This document shows positions 9,539-17,996 of a DNA stretch of 64,000 bases, in pieces (the first letter of the stretch is position 1; each line of letters opens with the position of its first letter). The notes under the pieces are model-generated. The model saw only the letters and a program-made list of their open reading frames with translations, had not been told where the DNA came from and made no database searches. Source of the stretch: Betaproteobacteria bacterium (GTDB taxonomy: Bacteria > Pseudomonadota > Gammaproteobacteria > Burkholderiales > SG8-39); assembly GCA_004298385.1 (NCBI GenBank), contig SCTX01000057.1, positions 515-64,514 on the forward strand, read 5' to 3'. The position numbers were made by a program, and so were the translations under genes.

Positions 9539-11143
9539 CTAAGGCGCGGCCTCGATCGCGACGCGCTCAAAATCGCTGCCGCGCTCGATCACGCCGCTGA
9601 GCAGCAGCAGCTCGGACGTGTCGCTGTAGACTTCGAGCACGCGCTTCGGCCGGTACCAGCCGGGAGGCAGAATCAGCGAGGCCGGTGTTGCCAGCGCGGG
9701 GAGAGCAGGGCAATAGAGCGTCGGGACGAATGTTTCCGCTTGCGCGTTGATGCCGGTGGGCCGCGCGGCCACGGCCCGGGGCACGCCGGGGATGACGCGA
9801 ACCCCGACGAGAAGGGCATCCTCCTCATCGGTCATGAGCCAGCGCACCACACCCACCAGGAAACTCTTGGCGTCGGCGGGACGCACCGCGATCAGTTGAG
9901 TGTGGACATAACGCCCGCCGCTTGAGGCCGCCGGTCGCACGATGCGCAGGCCCGACAGGCTTTCCTCCTGCAGCAACCAGTCCTCGATGACGTAGCCCCC
10001 GGCTTCGATATATGCCTCCTCGCGGCGCGTGCTGGCGTGGCCGAAGGCAGCGATCTCGTCGCGCTGCCGCCGCGTCAGCTCGGTCGCATGCCCGGGTTGG
10101 CGGAAAGTCTTGCCCGAGATATGGTAGTGCATGGAGACCAGGGTGCTGCACACCTGCGCCTTTGCGCTGACGCTGCGGCGCGCATGCACGCGCCCGTTCT
10201 TGCCCTCGCACCATAGCCGGAACAGCAGCACCAGCAACTGCTCGACGCCGGGCATGGCGCAATCCTCGCCCAGTCCCAGGCTGGCGGGCGGCTCGCCCTT
10301 GCGCAGCAGCACTACGCGCTTTTTCAGGGCGCGGGCAAGTTCGCCGATGTCGAGCCAGCGCTCTGCGCTGCGCCCGTCCGCGTCGGCTTCGCGGTAGGCG
10401 CCCGCGGCGGCGGAAAAATCGAGCAGCAGCGGCGGCAGGCTCTTGTCCTCGGGCGGGTTGCGCCGGATGGGAACATGCTGGGCCCAGTGTTCAAGCCAAC
10501 CTTGGATTTGCAGCAGTTGCTTTTGCTGTTGCTCGTTGGGGTTTGCGAGCGCGAACAGCAGTGCCCGCACGTACACCTCGGCGCAGCTCACATCCGTCTT
10601 TTTCACCGAATCCCGGATGGCCGTGGCGGTTTCGCGCGACTCCTCGGCATGGCAGTAGAACTGGTGCAGGGTCAGCCAGTAGGCAGCGGGGAACGCATGG
10701 TAGATGCGGCAGTGGTCGAACATGTTCGAAGCCACGCAATCGAGCGCGCGCTGGCAGATGAGCGCGGTCCGGGCTTCGAGCTTGCCCTCGATTCCGCTTT
10801 TGAGGCAGCGCTGGTAGCCGGCGAGGAGTTCCTGCCACAACTGCACCACGTGCGCGAAAATGCCGCGTTCCACCTGAGTGAGCGGCAGCGGCTTGTTCGC
10901 CAGTTTCTTGATCTGCTCCGCTTGCACGAAATAGATCGGTTCGCGCAACGCTTCAAGCACCCCGAGCCGTTCTGCCGGAGGCATGTCGAAGCGGTTGAGT
11001 TCATGCAGTTGGTCGAGCAGCCGGATTTGCGCGGGCGCGACATTCACCAGCGGCAGCTCGGTCAGCCACGCGGCACAGGAAGCGACGTCGGTGAAATCCG
11101 GATGTGCTTCGGCAGAAATTTCTGGTAGCTGGAAATCGCGCAT
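9539..11143 (-). CDS. Conserved hypothetical protein, 534 aa, with a possible PilZ-like C-terminal domain
   Basis: Clean ORF with genome-typical codon bias, starting 5 nt after the HIT gene stop. No enzyme motifs recognised. C-terminal segment TRRQRDE...(about 30 aa)...EESLSGLRIVR resembles the RxxxR / (D/N)xSxxG c-di-GMP-binding arrangement only loosely. Confidence 0.6.
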   Translation of the reverse strand: MRDFQLPEISAEAHPDFTDVASCAAWLTELPLVNVAPAQIRLLDQLHELNRFDMPPAERLGVLEALREPIYFVQAEQIKKLANKPLPLTQVERGIFAHVVQLWQELLAGYQRCLKSGIEGKLEARTALICQRALDCVASNMFDHCRIYHAFPAAYWLTLHQFYCHAEESRETATAIRDSVKKTDVSCAEVYVRALLFALANPNEQQQKQLLQIQGWLEHWAQHVPIRRNPPEDKSLPPLLLDFSAAAGAYREADADGRSAERWLDIGELARALKKRVVLLRKGEPPASLGLGEDCAMPGVEQLLVLLFRLWCEGKNGRVHARRSVSAKAQVCSTLVSMHYHISGKTFRQPGHATELTRRQRDEIAAFGHASTRREEAYIEAGGYVIEDWLLQEESLSGLRIVRPAASSGGRYVHTQLIAVRPADAKSFLVGVVRWLMTDEEDALLVGVRVIPGVPRAVAARPTGINAQAETFVPTLYCPALPALATPASLILPPGWYRPKRVLEVYSDTSELLLLSGVIERGSDFERVAIEAAP

Positions 11144-11148
11144 ATAGG

Positions 11149-11580
11149 CTATTGTGCCATCGCTTGCAGCCGCGTGCGCAAAACGCGCCGCAAGGCGTCG
11201 CCATCGACGCGCCGCGCCACGCCCGCGCGGCGCGCTTCGCTCCAGACGGAACCGGGAAAGTGTTTGTCGTCGGCAAAGCGCGGGATGACATGCCAGTGCA
11301 GGTGCGGCGTGATGTTGCCCAGGCTGGCGAGGTTTATTTTTGCCGGCTGCATGAGTTGGCGCAAAGCCTGCTCGGTGGCATACACCACATCCATCAATCG
11401 CTGCCTCGCTTGCGCATCCAGATCGGTCATTTCACTCACATGCTGGTTGAGGATTACGCGGCAGAATCCCGGATAGTCGCGGTCTTCGACCAGCACCACC
11501 CGGCACAGTTTGTCCTGCCACAGCGGTTCTTCGCCGGCAGAATGGCACAACTCACAGGAGGAGACTGTTAAATTGTTCAC
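11149..11580 (-). CDS. HIT-family nucleotide hydrolase/transferase
   Basis: 143 aa (GTG start) with the histidine triad HLHWHVIPR and an N-terminal Cys pair (CELCH). Confidence 0.9.
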   Translation of the reverse strand: MNNLTVSSCELCHSAGEEPLWQDKLCRVVLVEDRDYPGFCRVILNQHVSEMTDLDAQARQRLMDVVYATEQALRQLMQPAKINLASLGNITPHLHWHVIPRFADDKHFPGSVWSEARRAGVARRVDGDALRRVLRTRLQAMAQ

Positions 11581-11613
11581 GCTGCAATAAATACTTTGGA
11601 ATTAATTTCAAGA

Positions 11614-11697
11614 CAAGGGGATATGCCCCGACGGGACTTTCCCCTCTCCTGTCATGCGGGACCGAGGAAGCGGGATCGAGACCTTCACGGCGCATCC
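11614..11697 (-). repeat. Copy A of a roughly 80-nt structured intergenic element (copy B at 17099-17175)
   Basis: Shares blocks with copy B: CAAGGGG, GGGACTTTCCCCT and GGATCGA(G/A)ACCTTCA. It lies about 35 nt upstream of the next minus-strand start codon, as copy B does. Confidence 0.55.
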
Positions 11698-11714
11698 GCT
11701 CATGTTAACGGGCT

Positions 11715-14700
11715 CTAGAGCAGCACGCGCTCGATGCCGCCCCGATTCACCTTGGCCACGTAGTCGGCCATCCAATCGGGTCCGAGCAGGTGCTTGGCCA
11801 TTTCCACGACAATGTAGTCGGCGTCGGTGCCGGCATCGTCGTCAAAGCGCGCCAGGCCCTGCAGGCAGGATGGGCAGGAGGTGAGGATCTTGACTTCTCC
11901 CCCAAACGTTCCGCCGGCGCCGCCGGCGCGGATCGCCGCCGCGCCTTTCCTCATTTCCTCTTCCTTGCGAAAGCGCACCTGCGTGGAAATATCGGGCCTG
12001 GTCATGGCGAGCGTGCCCGATTCGCCGCAGCAGCGTTCGTTCAGCTTGACTTCGCTGCCCATGAGCTGGTTGACGACCTTGAGCGGCTGGTAGGTCTTCA
12101 TCGGCGTATGGCAGGGGTCGTGGTAGAGATAGCGCACGCCGGCGACCCGTTCGAGCTTCACCCCCTGTTCCAGCAGGTATTCGTGGATGTCGAGCAGGCG
12201 GCAGCCCGGGAAAATCTTGTCGAATTCGTATTTCTGCAACTGGTCCATGCAGGTGCCGCAGGACACGATCACGGTCTTGATGTCGAGGTAGTTGAGGGTG
12301 TTGGCGACGCGGTGAAACAGCACGCGGTTGTCGGTGATGATGCGCCTGCCCTCGTCCTGCTCGCCTGCGGCCGTCTGCGGGTAACCGCAGCACAAATACC
12401 CCGGCGGGAGCACGCACTGCGCGCCAATCGCATACAGCATCGCCTGCGTCGCCAGCCCTACCTGGCTGAACAGCCGCTCGGAGCCGCAGCCGGGGAAGTA
12501 GAACACCGCGTCGGACTCCTCGGTGACCTTGGACGCGTCGCGGATGATGGGCACGATATGCCGGTCCTCGAGTTCGAGCAGCGCGCGCGCGGTGCGCCTG
12601 GGCAGCTTGCCCGGCATCGGCTTGTTGATGAAATGGACCACCTGCGCCTGTAGCCCCGGTTTTCCCGTGGTCGCCGGCGGCCGCCGCGTCTGGCGCTGCG
12701 CCAGGCCCAGTATTTTCGCGGCGCGATAGCCGAGCCGCTGCGCCCGGTAGCCCCACTCGATCATCAGGGTGCGCGCGATCTTGATGGCATTCGGGTTGGT
12801 GGCGTTCAGAAACAGCATCGACGCCGCCGTGCCGGGGTTGAATTTCTTCTTGCCCTGCTTGCGCAACACGTTTCTCATCGCGATCGACACGTCGCCGAAA
12901 TCAATGTCCACCGGGCAGGGGTTGGCGCACTTGTGGCACACTGTGCAGTGATCGGCGACGTCGCCGAATTCGTCGAAATGCCTGAGCGAGATGCCGCGCC
13001 GCGTCTGCTCTTCGTAGAGAAAGGCTTCGATCAGGAGCGAGGTAGCGAGAATCTTGTTGCGCGGGCTGTAGAGCAGGTTGGCGCGCGGCACGTGGGTGGC
13101 GCATACCGGTTTGCACTTGCCGCAACGCAGGCAATCCTTGATCGAATCGGCGATGCCGCCGGTTTCGGATTGTTCCATGATCAGGGACTCGGCGCCGAGC
13201 AGGCTGAAGCTGGGGGTGTAGGCATTGCGCAGATCGCCGCCCGCGAGCAGTTTGCCGGCGTTGAAGCGTCCCTGCGGATCGCACTTCTCCTTGTAGCCGC
13301 GGAAGGCCTCGACTTCATGCGGGTCGAGGAACTCGAGCTTGGTGATGCCGATGCCGTGCTCGCCCGAAATCACCCCATCGAGCGATTTCGCCAAGCGCAT
13401 GATGCGCGCCACCGCCACATTGGCCGCGCGCAGCATGTCGTAATTGTCGGAGTTGACCGGAATGTTGGTGTGCACGTTGCCGTCGCCGGCATGCATGTGC
13501 AGGGCCACGAATACGCGCGCCTTGAGCACGCGCTGGTGAATCGCGTAGCAGCCCTCGAGGATGCGGTGGAACATGAGGCCGTCGAACAACTGCTGCAGCT
13601 CGGCGCGCACTTCGTCCTTCCAAGACACGCGCACGCTGTGGTCCTGCAACAGGGAAAAAACGCTGCCGCCGGCGTGGGTGACGGCGGCGAGCGCGGGCAC
13701 GATGCCGGTGCGCGCCTCGGCCGCCGGCAGGTCGAGGTTGTCGAGCAAGTAACGCCAGCGCACGCGCGTGTTCGCGATGAGTTCGCGCGCGGCCTCGCGC
13801 CGGTCGCCCAGGATTTCGGGCGGTGGCAGCGCTTCCCCGTGCTGGGCAAGCGGCAGTTCGCCCTGGAAATATTCGTCGAGCGCGTCGAGCAGCGCCAGCT
13901 TGTTCGCGATCGACAGCTCGACGTTTATTCGTTCGATGCCGTCGGAATACTCGCCCAGGCGCTCGAGCGGAATGACCACGTCCTCGTTGATCTTGAAGGC
14001 GTTGGTGTGTTTGGCGATGGCGGCGGTGCGGGCGCGGTCGAGCCAGAACGTGCGCCGCGCCTCGGCCGATACGGCGATGAAGCCCTCGCCGCCGCGGGCG
14101 TTGGCGATGCGCACCACCTTCGATGCGGCCGCGGCCACCGCGGCGTCGTCCTCGCCGACGATATCGCCGATCAGCACCATCTTCGGCCGGCCGGCGCCGC
14201 CCGCGTGGCGTTTTGCCTTGGTGGCGTAGCCGACCGCCTTCAGGTAGCGCTCGTCCATGTGCTCCAGCCCGGCGAGCAGCACGGCGGGCGCGCCCTGCGC
14301 CGCCGGCGCGGCGCCGGCGTCGAGGCAGCGCTTGATCTCGACGATGGCCGGCACCGAGTCGCGCACCTGCCCGAAAAATTCCAGGCACACGGTACGGATC
14401 GAAGCGGGCATCTTGTGCAGGATGAATCGCGCCGAGGTGATAATGCCGTCGCAACCCTCTTTCTGGATGCCGGGGAGCCCGGCGAGGAATTTGTCGGTCA
14501 CGTCCTTGCCCAGGCCGGCTTTGCGAAAGCGCGCGCCCGGGATTTCCAGGATTTCAGGCTCGCCCTGGGGCGCGCGACCGTCACGGCGGAAACGCTGTAC
14601 GCGGAAGCGCGTCATCGCGGCGTCGTGGATCTTGCCCAGGTTGTGTTCCAGGCGCGTGACTTCGATAAAACAGCCGTTGGCGTCGACCATGCGCCAGGAG

Positions 14701-15641
14701 GCGAGATTGTCCAGCGCGGTGCCCCACAGCACCGCCTTCTTGCCCCCGGCGTTCATGGCGACGTTGCCGCCGATGCAGGAGGCGTCGGCCGAGGTCGGAT
14801 CGACGGCGAATACGCGGCCCACCGCCTCTGCCGCCTCCATCACGCGCTTGGTCACCACGCCGGCGCCGCAGTGTATGGTCGCAGCCGGCTCGGCCACGCC
14901 CGGCAGCCGGATCTCCTCGACCGCGCCCAGCGCATCGAGCTTCTCGGTATTGATCACCGCCGACCGGCGCGTGAGCGGCACCGCGCCGCCGGTGTAGCCG
15001 GTGCCGCCGCCGCGCGCAATGATCGTCAGGCCGAGCTCGATACAGTCGCGCACCACCGCCGCGACCTCGTCTTCGCTATCCGGATGGATGACCACGAAAG
15101 GGTATTCGACGCGCCAGTCGGTGGCGTCGGTGACGTGGGAGGCGCGCGCCAGGCCGTCGAACTGGATGTTGTCGCGGCGCGTGCTGCGGCAAAGTTTTTT
15201 CAGCGCGTCGCGCCGCAGCGCCGCCATCTCGGCGAAGCTACCGGCGAAGGTGTCGACTGCGTCGCGCGCGCGCTCGAGCAGGAACGTGACCCTTTGCGCG
15301 CGCGTTGCCTGTGGCGCGCCGGCCTCGGCGTCCCCGCCGGCCTCGGCGAGATAGTGCAGGCGACGCTTTTCGATCTCGTCCAGGCGGTGGCGCATGGCCT
15401 CGATCAGCGCCGCGCGCCGGCCGGGATTGTCCTGAAGATCGTCCTGCAGGTAGGGGTTGCGCGACACCACCCAGATATCGCCGAGCACCTCGTACAGCAT
15501 GCGCGCCGAGCGGCCGGTCCTGCGTTCCGAACGCAGTTCGCGCAGCGTCTCCCAGGCCTTTTCGCCGAGCAGGCGCAGCACGATCTCGCGGTCGGAGAAC
15601 GAGGTGTAGTTGTACGGAATCTCGCGCAGGCGGGCGCTCAT
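11715..15641 (-). CDS. DUF3683-containing fused FAD-linked oxidase (GlcD-like) / 4Fe-4S / CCG-domain (GlcF-like) oxidoreductase
   Basis: About 1308 aa from the internal ATG ([24 protein letters not shown]3683-like). FAD-binding PCMH region ([11 protein letters not shown]). Two ferredoxin motifs ([22 protein letters not shown]). Two CCG motifs (LCCGYP, RCCGESG). Confidence 0.85.
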   Translation of the reverse strand: MSARLREIPYNYTSFSDREIVLRLLGEKAWETLRELRSERRTGRSARMLYEVLGDIWVVSRNPYLQDDLQDNPGRRAALIEAMRHRLDEIEKRRLHYLAEAGGDAEAGAPQATRAQRVTFLLERARDAVDTFAGSFAEMAALRRDALKKLCRSTRRDNIQFDGLARASHVTDATDWRVEYPFVVIHPDSEDEVAAVVRDCIELGLTIIARGGGTGYTGGAVPLTRRSAVINTEKLDALGAVEEIRLPGVAEPAATIHCGAGVVTKRVMEAAEAVGRVFAVDPTSADASCIGGNVAMNAGGKKAVLWGTALDNLASWRMVDANGCFIEVTRLEHNLGKIHDAAMTRFRVQRFRRDGRAPQGEPEILEIPGARFRKAGLGKDVTDKFLAGLPGIQKEGCDGIITSARFILHKMPASIRTVCLEFFGQVRDSVPAIVEIKRCLDAGAAPAAQGAPAVLLAGLEHMDERYLKAVGYATKAKRHAGGAGRPKMVLIGDIVGEDDAAVAAAASKVVRIANARGGEGFIAVSAEARRTFWLDRARTAAIAKHTNAFKINEDVVIPLERLGEYSDGIERINVELSIANKLALLDALDEYFQGELPLAQHGEALPPPEILGDRREAARELIANTRVRWRYLLDNLDLPAAEARTGIVPALAAVTHAGGSVFSLLQDHSVRVSWKDEVRAELQQLFDGLMFHRILEGCYAIHQRVLKARVFVALHMHAGDGNVHTNIPVNSDNYDMLRAANVAVARIMRLAKSLDGVISGEHGIGITKLEFLDPHEVEAFRGYKEKCDPQGRFNAGKLLAGGDLRNAYTPSFSLLGAESLIMEQSETGGIADSIKDCLRCGKCKPVCATHVPRANLLYSPRNKILATSLLIEAFLYEEQTRRGISLRHFDEFGDVADHCTVCHKCANPCPVDIDFGDVSIAMRNVLRKQGKKKFNPGTAASMLFLNATNPNAIKIARTLMIEWGYRAQRLGYRAAKILGLAQRQTRRPPATTGKPGLQAQVVHFINKPMPGKLPRRTARALLELEDRHIVPIIRDASKVTEESDAVFYFPGCGSERLFSQVGLATQAMLYAIGAQCVLPPGYLCCGYPQTAAGEQDEGRRIITDNRVLFHRVANTLNYLDIKTVIVSCGTCMDQLQKYEFDKIFPGCRLLDIHEYLLEQGVKLERVAGVRYLYHDPCHTPMKTYQPLKVVNQLMGSEVKLNERCCGESGTLAMTRPDISTQVRFRKEEEMRKGAAAIRAGGAGGTFGGEVKILTSCPSCLQGLARFDDDAGTDADYIVVEMAKHLLGPDWMADYVAKVNRGGIERVLL

Positions 15642-15657
15642 TTGAAATTCTCGACCA

Positions 15658-16458
15658 TCATTGCGCGTCCGCGGCGGCAACGGTTTCGGCGACGGGTTGC
15701 GGGAAGATGTCGCGATAGCTGGCATAGAAGCTGGCAAACAGGATAGGAACGTAGGTCAGCATCACCGGCAGCGCCACCAGCAGAAACGCATCCTCCGATT
15801 TGTTCCCGAGCAGCCGGCGAACCAGCAGTGCGAGCAGGAACAAGGCCAAGCTGCAAATGAGACCGAGCAGAAGCAGGGCGATGCCGTAGGCAAGAAACGC
15901 CCGCCAGTTACGAAAAGTAGCAAACAGGCTGTAGAACATTGCTTGCAGCGCTGGCAGATTGCGCCACGCCGAGAGGGCGGGCGCGAACCAGAGTGAAGCC
16001 AGCACCGGGAGATAGAGCGTGCCGGCCAGTGCCGCAGCCACGGCAAGACTGCCGTCCTCCAATGCCGAGGCTGGCGGCCTCTCGCCCAATACCAACAGTT
16101 GCAGCAGCGCGCCGCCATCGGCCAAGGCAGACAGTCCTAGGATGGCGAATGCGCTCGCCAGGTAAAGGCTGCCTTGCCGCAGAAGCGCCGGCAGATTTGT
16201 TCTGAAACCGGAGAACAGCAGCGCAAACCCGATTCTCCTGTCCTGGTCGAGCTCCCGGCTGACGATCATGAAGCTCGCCGAGAAGGTCGGAATGAGCACG
16301 GTTGCGACAACCCATCCCAGCACCGGAATCATGCCCAGCAGCTGCATCAGCATGATGTAGAAGAACACCAGAAACGCCCACATCGCCGGGTTTTTGCGAA
16401 ACAGGGCGAAGCCGGTCAGTACCCAATTCCAGCCGCAGGCCGCGGGGACCGTATTCAT
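15658..16458 (-). CDS. BPSS1780-family integral membrane protein
   Basis: Start taken at [24 protein letters not shown]. Six or more hydrophobic helices. N-terminal motif and length fit the BPSS1780/DUF2189-like family (family assignment from memory). Confidence 0.7.
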   Translation of the reverse strand: MNTVPAACGWNWVLTGFALFRKNPAMWAFLVFFYIMLMQLLGMIPVLGWVVATVLIPTFSASFMIVSRELDQDRRIGFALLFSGFRTNLPALLRQGSLYLASAFAILGLSALADGGALLQLLVLGERPPASALEDGSLAVAAALAGTLYLPVLASLWFAPALSAWRNLPALQAMFYSLFATFRNWRAFLAYGIALLLLGLICSLALFLLALLVRRLLGNKSEDAFLLVALPVMLTYVPILFASFYASYRDIFPQPVAETVAAADAQ

Positions 16459-16480
16459 GATCGTTCCGGTGCGCTTGACA

Positions 16481-16645
16481 TCAGACCCATGGCGCATCGC
16501 CGGCGTGGTCGATACGAAGCTTGAGGATACGGCGGAAGTTCTCGATGCCCGCGGCGATGCCCTGCATTTGCACCGGGGCGCCGACGCAATAGTGCTTCAG
16601 CCAAGCGGAAAACTGCTCGGGTGTGGCCGGAGTGAAGACAGACAT
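16481..16645 (-). pseudogene. thrB: 5' stub of homoserine kinase (Pseudomonas-type ThrB); remainder of the gene absent
   Basis: 54-codon ORF MSVFTPATPEQFSAWLKHYCVGAPVQMQGIAAGIENF... matches the canonical ThrB N-terminus (MSVFTP...GIA.G.EN.NF). It then diverges and stops, and the next gene starts 23 nt later. Confidence 0.6.
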
Positions 16646-16654
16646 GCGGGCAGT

Positions 16655-16723
16655 GGGTGAGGAGCGATGGGTGAAGGGGCTGCGCCGGCTTACCCCTCAC
16701 CGATCAGCCCTCACCCATCACCC
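16655..16723 (-). repeat. Long imperfect intercistronic hairpin H1 (between the DUF2782 stop and the thrB-stub start)
   Basis: Arms are GGGTGAGGAGCGATGGGTGAAGGGG and CCCCTCACCGATCAGCCCTCACCC around a 13-nt loop. The stop-proximal end shares a 21/24-nt motif with hairpin H2. Confidence 0.7.
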
Positions 16724-16726
16724 GAT

Positions 16727-17059
16727 TCAGAAAGAATGGATTACCCATTGCGGCACGCGCAGGCCGGAGTCGAGCGAATCGCGGCGTATCATCGTGCCGT
16801 CGCCGGTGACGTCCATCAGGAAGTAGGACACGCCATGCGGCGGCGTGACTTTCACGGCGTAGAGCTTGCCGTTGATGCGGAACTCCTCCACCTTGTCTTC
16901 GCCGCGCGTGGTGATCGTCACCTGCGGTTCGAGCGCCGGATCGGGCGCGAGCCCGGGCGGGGGAGGTGGCGGCTCGGGCAAGGGCTCCAGTTTGGGCAGT
17001 TGTTGCGCGGCGAGCGGAAGCGCAATTCCGAGGAGGGCTAGTGCGAATAAGCGGCGCAT
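16727..17059 (-). CDS. DUF2782 domain protein (secreted)
   Basis: Start taken at MRRLFALALLGIALPLAAQ (signal peptide). Pro-rich linker, then TITTRGEDKVEEFRINGKLYAVKVTP, typical of DUF2782. The tracked N-terminal extension overlaps the repeat element. Confidence 0.8.
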   Translation of the reverse strand: MRRLFALALLGIALPLAAQQLPKLEPLPEPPPPPPGLAPDPALEPQVTITTRGEDKVEEFRINGKLYAVKVTPPHGVSYFLMDVTGDGTMIRRDSLDSGLRVPQWVIHSF

Positions 17060-17098
17060 GATGAGCTTCCGGTTGGCTATCGTTGCGGATGGTTTGAA

Positions 17099-17175
17099 CA
17101 AGGGGGCGATGCTCCCCCGTCCCCCAAGGGGACTTTCCCCTCGAGGGGGATCGAAACCTTCAGTGCGTGAATCCC
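17099..17175 (-). repeat. Copy B of the roughly 80-nt structured intergenic element
   Basis: See copy A. On the minus strand there are three small hairpins (GGGGGAT..ATCCCCC, GGGGAAAGTCCCC, GGGGGAGCATCGCCCCC). The equivalents in copy A differ in sequence but keep the pairing. Confidence 0.55.
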
Positions 17176-17263
17176 CCAAGTCAGACGAAGCCCAGGTTTA
17201 GTCACGGACTCAGCCCGGGCTTACTTTCCTTAAAATTGAATTTTAACAGATTCGGGCCCGGCC

Positions 17264-17986
17264 TCAGAGATTGAGCAGATTCTCCCGTTCCGTTGGTAAT
17301 GGCGCGAACCCCCGCTTTTCATAATATTTGAATATTGCCTCGACCACTGCCGCCGGATCGTCGATCATTTGCACCAGATCCAGGTCCGCGGGATCGATCA
17401 TGTGCTCCGTCTGCATGCGATCGCGAAACCAGGCCAGGAGCCCCCGCCAGAACGGCGAGTGCACCAGGATAATGGGCATCTTGCGCGTCTTGCCGGTCTG
17501 CACCAGGGTAAGCGCCTCGGACAGCTCGTCCAGCGTGCCGAAGCCCCCCGGCAGCACGACATAGGCGGTGGCGAACTTGACGAAGCTGACTTTGCGCGCG
17601 AAAAAGTGGTGGAAGGTGAGGCTGATGTCCTGGTAGCGGTTGCTGAGCTGCTCGTTCGGCAGTTGGATATTGAGGCCGACCGAGGGCGATTTGCCGAAGT
17701 AGGCGCCCTTGTTGGCCGCTTCCATGATGCCGGGGCCGCCGCCGGAGACGACGGAGAAACCCGCGTCGGAGAGCAGCCGCGCAATCTTCTCCGCCTGCAG
17801 GTAGTAGGGCGAATCGGCCGATGCGCGTGCGCTGCCGAATATGCTCACCGCCGGTCGGATCTGCGCCAGGCGTTCGGTGGCTTCGACGAATTCTGACATA
17901 ATTCCGAATATCCGCCAGGACTCGCGCGCGTTGTGGGCCATGTCTGCTGCGCCGGCATCGGCCGGCCGCGGAAGTTTTTCATTCAT
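17264..17986 (-). CDS. LOG-family protein (TIGR00730; cytokinin riboside 5'-monophosphate phosphoribohydrolase-like)
   Basis: 240 aa with motifs GGGPGIMEA and PGGFGTLDEL. Confidence 0.9.
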   Translation of the reverse strand: MNEKLPRPADAGAADMAHNARESWRIFGIMSEFVEATERLAQIRPAVSIFGSARASADSPYYLQAEKIARLLSDAGFSVVSGGGPGIMEAANKGAYFGKSPSVGLNIQLPNEQLSNRYQDISLTFHHFFARKVSFVKFATAYVVLPGGFGTLDELSEALTLVQTGKTRKMPIILVHSPFWRGLLAWFRDRMQTEHMIDPADLDLVQMIDDPAAVVEAIFKYYEKRGFAPLPTERENLLNL

Positions 17987-17996
17987 ACCCGCCTCT

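Noticed and set aside
11633-11646. GAGGGGAAAGTCCC (minus strand; also at about 17129-17145) resembles the RNase P RNA conserved region GAGGAAAGUCCGGGC
   Set aside because: Only about 12 nt match, the element is about 80 nt long and present twice, and none of the other RNase P helices or conserved regions are present.
12933-15746. 937-aa plus-strand ORF, and several 250-380-aa ORFs in other frames, across 11790-15750
   Set aside because: They lie antisense or out of frame to the DUF3683 oxidoreductase, which has clear cofactor motifs. The translations are Arg/Ala/Gly/His-rich low-complexity strings typical of shadow frames in high-G+C DNA.
16455-16700. 81-aa minus-strand ORF overlapping the thrB stub and hairpin H1
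   Set aside because: It is in a different frame from the recognisable ThrB N-terminus, reads through the hairpin arms, and has His/Arg/Pro-rich shadow composition.
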